64,000 nt of DNA from Thermoplasmatota archaeon (GTDB lineage: Archaea; Thermoplasmatota; Thermoplasmata; UBA10834): the NCBI GenBank assembly GCA_040751795.1, contig JBFMHR010000001.1, positions 352,001-416,000 on the forward strand. The letters run 5' to 3'. Position 1 is the stretch's first letter. Every line of letters begins with the position of its first letter. The notes below the pieces were generated by a model. The model saw nothing but the letters and a program-made list of their open reading frames with translations. It ran no database searches and was not told the DNA's origin. Made by a program: the position numbers and the translations under genes. This document shows, one piece after another, positions 60,149 through 64,000 of the stretch.

Positions 60149-61156
60149 TCACGATCTTGTACTGTGGATATGACCTGTTTGAATGTATTTGACGAGAGCA
60201 TTCCCACGAGCTATCATGTCGTCGTAAGTGATTATGTCAATCCGAGAGAGGTGACCTGTCAATAACCTCCTCTGCAACGGATTGTCAGTGGCTTTCTTTC
60301 CAATGACAATCAATGCCCTAGGTCTGAAGACTTTGTAGGAAGGTCTCTTGTCACAGACATCCATATAGGTGAGGACCTGTCCAATAGCAGTTGATAGAGC
60401 CACGTTCAGCTTTGATCTTGTTCGCGTCTTCCGGTCGAAGATCGATTCATTCGGGCCTTTCAACTCAACCAAGTCGAGGAACGAATCATGCCTACGCAAC
60501 ATGAGGTCAAAAATGTGCTGCTTCTTTCCTTTCGGTGGGAAAGCGACATGGCCCTCTATGGACGCATAGTCAAGTCCAAACATCCATGCTGGTTTCTCGA
60601 TTTCGATAAACCTGTGGACCTCGGTTTCCGTAACATCATCCTCACTAACAAGTCTCGAAAACGCATTCAGTGTCCTTCTGTAGTGCATGATATGCTTCTT
60701 ATGTTCGGACAATTTGCCTCTTGCTTCACGACTCTGCTTTCGATAGTGCGCCTTTGCCGCATTCGCCTCTGCCAATTCGGCGCTCATCGCCTCAAATGCT
60801 TCCTCTTGATCATCAACACTGACGGGGCACTCGATGCTGGAGTATGTCCCATCACTGACTGATACTGTGTCAAAGAGGTCATCAACTACATTCCTAGCGC
60901 TTATCCACTGTTCAATCGAGCGAATATTGTAGGTTCTCCATCGTTGCCAGATCTTTGTCTTGGGTCCAGTCCGGTCAATCCTAGCTCTCCACCGCACGAC
61001 CTGCACAACCCTTCTTCCGGTCTCGACTTCGATTGCAGTGTCAACAGTGTAGGCCCATGATTTGTTCGAAGTATGACCTGTGACAATCCTACTCTGGCAA
61101 TCGTATGTGCCGCTGTCCCGAAAGACTCTCCCCAGGAATATCCCCAATGGGGACAC
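60149..61156 (-). CDS. Shedu (SduA, DUF4263) immune nuclease
   Basis: FDL...LVELKGP...AIGQV..Y...LIVIG...ITYDD core, preceded by a coiled coil and an N-terminal domain. Confidence 0.8.
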   Translation of the reverse strand: MSPLGIFLGRVFRDSGTYDCQSRIVTGHTSNKSWAYTVDTAIEVETGRRVVQVVRWRARIDRTGPKTKIWQRWRTYNIRSIEQWISARNVVDDLFDTVSVSDGTYSSIECPVSVDDQEEAFEAMSAELAEANAAKAHYRKQSREARGKLSEHKKHIMHYRRTLNAFSRLVSEDDVTETEVHRFIEIEKPAWMFGLDYASIEGHVAFPPKGKKQHIFDLMLRRHDSFLDLVELKGPNESIFDRKTRTRSKLNVALSTAIGQVLTYMDVCDKRPSYKVFRPRALIVIGKKATDNPLQRRLLTGHLSRIDIITYDDMIARGNALVKYIQTGHIHSTRS

Positions 61157-61523
61157 TGAACCACCTCATATACACAAAATGGCGATGCCAAATAAGTAGG
61201 TATGCGTTTCTTAGTCGTATGGAGGTGCTTCGGCCTATGCTGAGCGTGCCGAAAGGACGGATTACGAAATACATTGAATTGGCGGCAACTTTCCCTCGCA
61301 ACTCTGCAGAGGCAAAGCAGTTGAGTCCCCATTCCAACATCCCGAGAAATGGCATTAACCCTCATGGCAAGTCAACATGATCTCTGCGAGCAAAACCACA
61401 GGAATCCTGATGTACACATTTGTGCACCATTGCTGTAGCTGGGTGGCGATAGTTATATCTCAGAAGATGATAATAGTAGTAATAGCAGTACTGCGTTCAG
61501 TGACTGCATCTGGGATGAAACCA

Positions 61524-61685
61524 ATGGCTACGTCGTCCTTTGACAGACCTGTTGAAATCAACGACAATCGGGCCGCTGCCAGATTGCTCGAAGCTACAAA
61601 GAGCCGTAAGGCTATAAAGAAGTTAGACGTTTCCAAGGAGCTAGAGCGTGGTTCCTCATTCCTGAAAGAGCACTTGTCTCGCTAA
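61524..61685 (+). CDS. Putative antitoxin of GNAT toxin
   Basis: Short MATSSF... ORF ending 8 nt before the GNAT ORF. Confidence 0.55.
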   Translation: MATSSFDRPVEINDNRAAARLLEATKSRKAIKKLDVSKELERGSSFLKEHLSR

Positions 61686-61693
61686 CGACATCT

Positions 61694-62209
61694 TTGCGTG
61701 AAGCTAAGAAGTCGTCAATTTCCCAGATTCTCAAGGAATTCAAGTGTGAGCGAGACTTAGATGTACAGAAATTTCTGAGGAAGAACGCTATCAAGTATGA
61801 AGAGAGCAATCGCACCCGTACATACTTGTTGATTGAGAAGGAAGATCCAAAGGGACTGAGAGTTGTAGGATACTTCTCCCTCGCACTGGGAACACTCAGA
61901 TTCGGTGAAAACATCGATGGAACTACAAGGAAGCAGCTTACTGGCAGCTCGTCACGCGAGAACGCCCCTTGCTACCTGCTGGGGCAACTCGGCAAAGATG
62001 ATTCCTGTGGGAACGAAACCCTAGGACCGATGCTCATCCAAAGAGCTCTGAATATCATTCAACTGGCACAAGACCACATAGGCGGTTGCTTTGTAATGGT
62101 CGACTGCAGAGATGAAGACCGCCTATGCGCCTTCTATTATAGAAATGGGTTCTCAAGAATCCAGAAAGATGAAAGGGGACAGTACCTCCAGCTAGTTCGG
62201 TCTCTCTGA
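61694..62209 (+). CDS. GNAT acetyltransferase (TacT-like toxin)
   Basis: FKC...FL...A, GYFSL, LLGQLGKD, VDC...FY..NGF. True start may lie upstream. Confidence 0.8.
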   Translation: MREAKKSSISQILKEFKCERDLDVQKFLRKNAIKYEESNRTRTYLLIEKEDPKGLRVVGYFSLALGTLRFGENIDGTTRKQLTGSSSRENAPCYLLGQLGKDDSCGNETLGPMLIQRALNIIQLAQDHIGGCFVMVDCRDEDRLCAFYYRNGFSRIQKDERGQYLQLVRSL

Positions 62210-62477
62210 CATTGTTTTATTTAAATGCACTTGCAGATTAAGTAGATGGCCCGAGAGTGCTCGTACTAGCGCTGGATTCGACTGCAATCGCCCTGGAGGT
62301 GGCCGACCTTGTCGCGCAACAAGTGATGCAAATAAAAACCAGCTCCGAACTCGCAGCTGAGAGCACTTTCTGGGACCCCGCCACAACTGTTATATCGTCA
62401 AACTCACGATTGTAACTCGGGATGCGCTCTACTGAGCGTTTCCCAACCCTGATTCTTTCAGGGGGGAGAGTAACGAG

Positions 62478-62588
62478 ATGATAGACACAATAGCGGAATG
62501 GATGGTGAGCCATGCCATCGAAAGCACGCTCTTTGCCATGATCTTTGGATTACTTGCCAAGATGTTTGACGGAGTGAAGAGGAGATGA
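62478..62588 (+). CDS. 36-aa hydrophobic peptide
   Basis: MIDTIAEWMVSHAIESTLFAMIFGLLAKMFDGVKRR*, G-rich SD upstream. Confidence 0.4.
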   Translation: MIDTIAEWMVSHAIESTLFAMIFGLLAKMFDGVKRR

Positions 62589-62801
62589 ACCAATGAGTCT
62601 ATTGGTCCTGGGGCTTCTGATTCTGTTCGGGGGTTCTGCAACAGTCGTATTCACACTCAGAATCGGGAACCTGAAATACACTCTGTCGATAGGCAGTCTC
62701 ATCACCATACTGTCAGTCATTTATCCGGACATCAACATCCTGTAGCAGCCCCACGGCACGACAGCCACCAAGCCGTACACGCATCACAGGATAGTGACAA
62801 C

Positions 62802-63035
62802 ATGGGACAGATAATCAATGCAATAATCGTGGCAATCATGATTGCACTCGTTATCCTCGGAATCATACTAATAGCGATTCCGTTGAGCATGAGTTTATCC
62901 GACAACATAGTCACGAAGATTGAGGGGATTCTGAGTGCTCCTCTCCTCATAGCGGCTGGACTCGCAGTTCTATCAGCTGCCTATGGAATAGCCATTGCGT
63001 TGCTGGGAAGGCATCGAAAATCAAGGCTAGGCTGA
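62802..63035 (+). CDS. Small 2-TM membrane protein
   Basis: Two hydrophobic helices, basic C-terminus. Confidence 0.55.
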   Translation: MGQIINAIIVAIMIALVILGIILIAIPLSMSLSDNIVTKIEGILSAPLLIAAGLAVLSAAYGIAIALLGRHRKSRLG

Positions 63036-63041
63036 AGGAAG

Positions 63042-64000
63042 ATGATACGAATGAACGCGCCCAAGACATGGAATCTTGACAAACTTGCTCAAATCTACGG
63101 GCTGAAGAGACACCTCGCCCCGGGAGACTACGATGCTATTGTCAGGAAGATAGCAAAGCCGGATGAACTCATCAAGCTGAAGGAACTGGAGCACTCATTG
63201 GATGCAGAAGATGAATTCATGCTTATATCTCAGCTACTCGGAAAATGTGATTCAATCAACAAGATTGACCAGCGCAAGTTCAGATCGACGAAACGATCCA
63301 TCGCGCCAGATCTAATCGCAACATATGCCAAGGATTCAACAACGGCCGACGATTCCGAAGATCGAATCACAATATTCGTAGAAATAAAAACATGCCGTTC
63401 CGAAGTATGGAAGATCAGTCAGTCGGATTTCGACAACAGACGCAGATATGCATCAATCAACAATCTTCCACTGTGGTTCGCCATCAGATTCGAGCTCTAC
63501 AACATGGAAGCCTGGTGTCTTCTTCCAGCGGACTATATTGCAGGCAATAATCGAAGAGTACACTTGGCCAGAATATGGAACAGCCCATTCGACCTTATTC
63601 TCGGCAACATGAACATCAATCTCATGGATTTGACCTCTGTGACTGTCTGGGAAAAATCTACTGAAGAGACTTCAATTGTCAACAGAGACTGGGGAAATCT
63701 TGTTAAGACAACAATCGAGTTCGGAGGCAAGGAATACGAGTTTCTGGGGAACGACCCTAGAGCTTGGATGTTCAGACACTTCATGTCAGAAAAGGTGTCT
63801 GTGGAGACGAATGGAACTCGAACCATTGTGAGAGAACGATATCAGCGTCAATTCAAATGCCTCTACAAATTGATGATGGAATTTGCACAGAGGACTCAAT
63901 CTAGCCCTCAGGAAAGAACAGCATCATCAGTGTATGACAAGATTGTGACCGACAATGCTCTGTCCATTGCAAAGCCTGAATTCTTCATGATTGTGCTGAC
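63042..64000 (+). CDS. PD-(D/E)XK nuclease-like protein (partial)
   Basis: Manual translation MIRMNAPKTW...AEDEF...IAPDLIA...IFVEIKT. Appears open to the window end. Confidence 0.65.
   Translation, partial: MIRMNAPKTWNLDKLAQIYGLKRHLAPGDYDAIVRKIAKPDELIKLKELEHSLDAEDEFMLISQLLGKCDSINKIDQRKFRSTKRSIAPDLIATYAKDSTTADDSEDRITIFVEIKTCRSEVWKISQSDFDNRRRYASINNLPLWFAIRFELYNMEAWCLLPADYIAGNNRRVHLARIWNSPFDLILGNMNINLMDLTSVTVWEKSTEETSIVNRDWGNLVKTTIEFGGKEYEFLGNDPRAWMFRHFMSEKVSVETNGTRTIVRERYQRQFKCLYKLMMEFAQRTQSSPQERTASSVYDKIVTDNALSIAKPEFFMIVL

Larger units (their letters stand above)
38667..64000. mobile_element. tRNA-Leu-integrated element / defence island (right boundary outside window)
   Basis: Tyrosine integrase 60 nt from the tRNA 3' end, visible drop in GC content, dense defence genes. 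Second att copy not seen in window. Confidence 0.88.

Noticed and set aside
38640-64000. Second att site (duplicate of tRNA-Leu 3' end)
   Set aside because: Not found by eye in the window. The element probably extends beyond 64 kb.

Overview
Archaeal genomic DNA, most likely Thermoplasmata (inferred from the heliorhodopsin type, archaeal Kae1, uS15, fibrillarin and archaeal tRNAs). Bases 1-38.7 kb are very GC-rich core genome: an HdrE/HdrD-like pair, tRNA-Val(GAC), msrA, a flavoprotein disulfide reductase, a GAF histidine kinase, alanine dehydrogenase, two tandem clostripains, kae1, a heliorhodopsin, a radical SAM/SPASM operon, recJ-like/rps15/NUDIX/fibrillarin, a Fic protein, IMPase/NAD kinase/JAMM, glmU/glmM and several zinc-ribbon membrane proteins. 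From tRNA-Leu(CAG) at 38582-38666 to the window end lies a visibly lower-GC integrated element that works as a defence island. It carries a tyrosine integrase, RHH and HTH regulators, a BamHI-like nuclease, an HhH-GPD glycosylase/C5-methyltransferase fusion, a MORC/Z1/DUF4420/AIPR (Mza-like) module, UDG-like plus GmrSD, NERD, DUF2075 plus MazG, Shedu and a GNAT toxin-antitoxin pair. Three candidates stand out. (1) A membrane protein ending in (Cys-Ala)6-GGGR, translationally coupled to an RRE-like radical SAM/SPASM enzyme. (2) Two tandem, promoter-equipped, 72-nt structured ncRNA-like units at 27.9-28.3 kb. (3) A DEMETER-like glycosylase fused to a cytosine methyltransferase. All family calls are from motif recognition by eye; no database searches were run.
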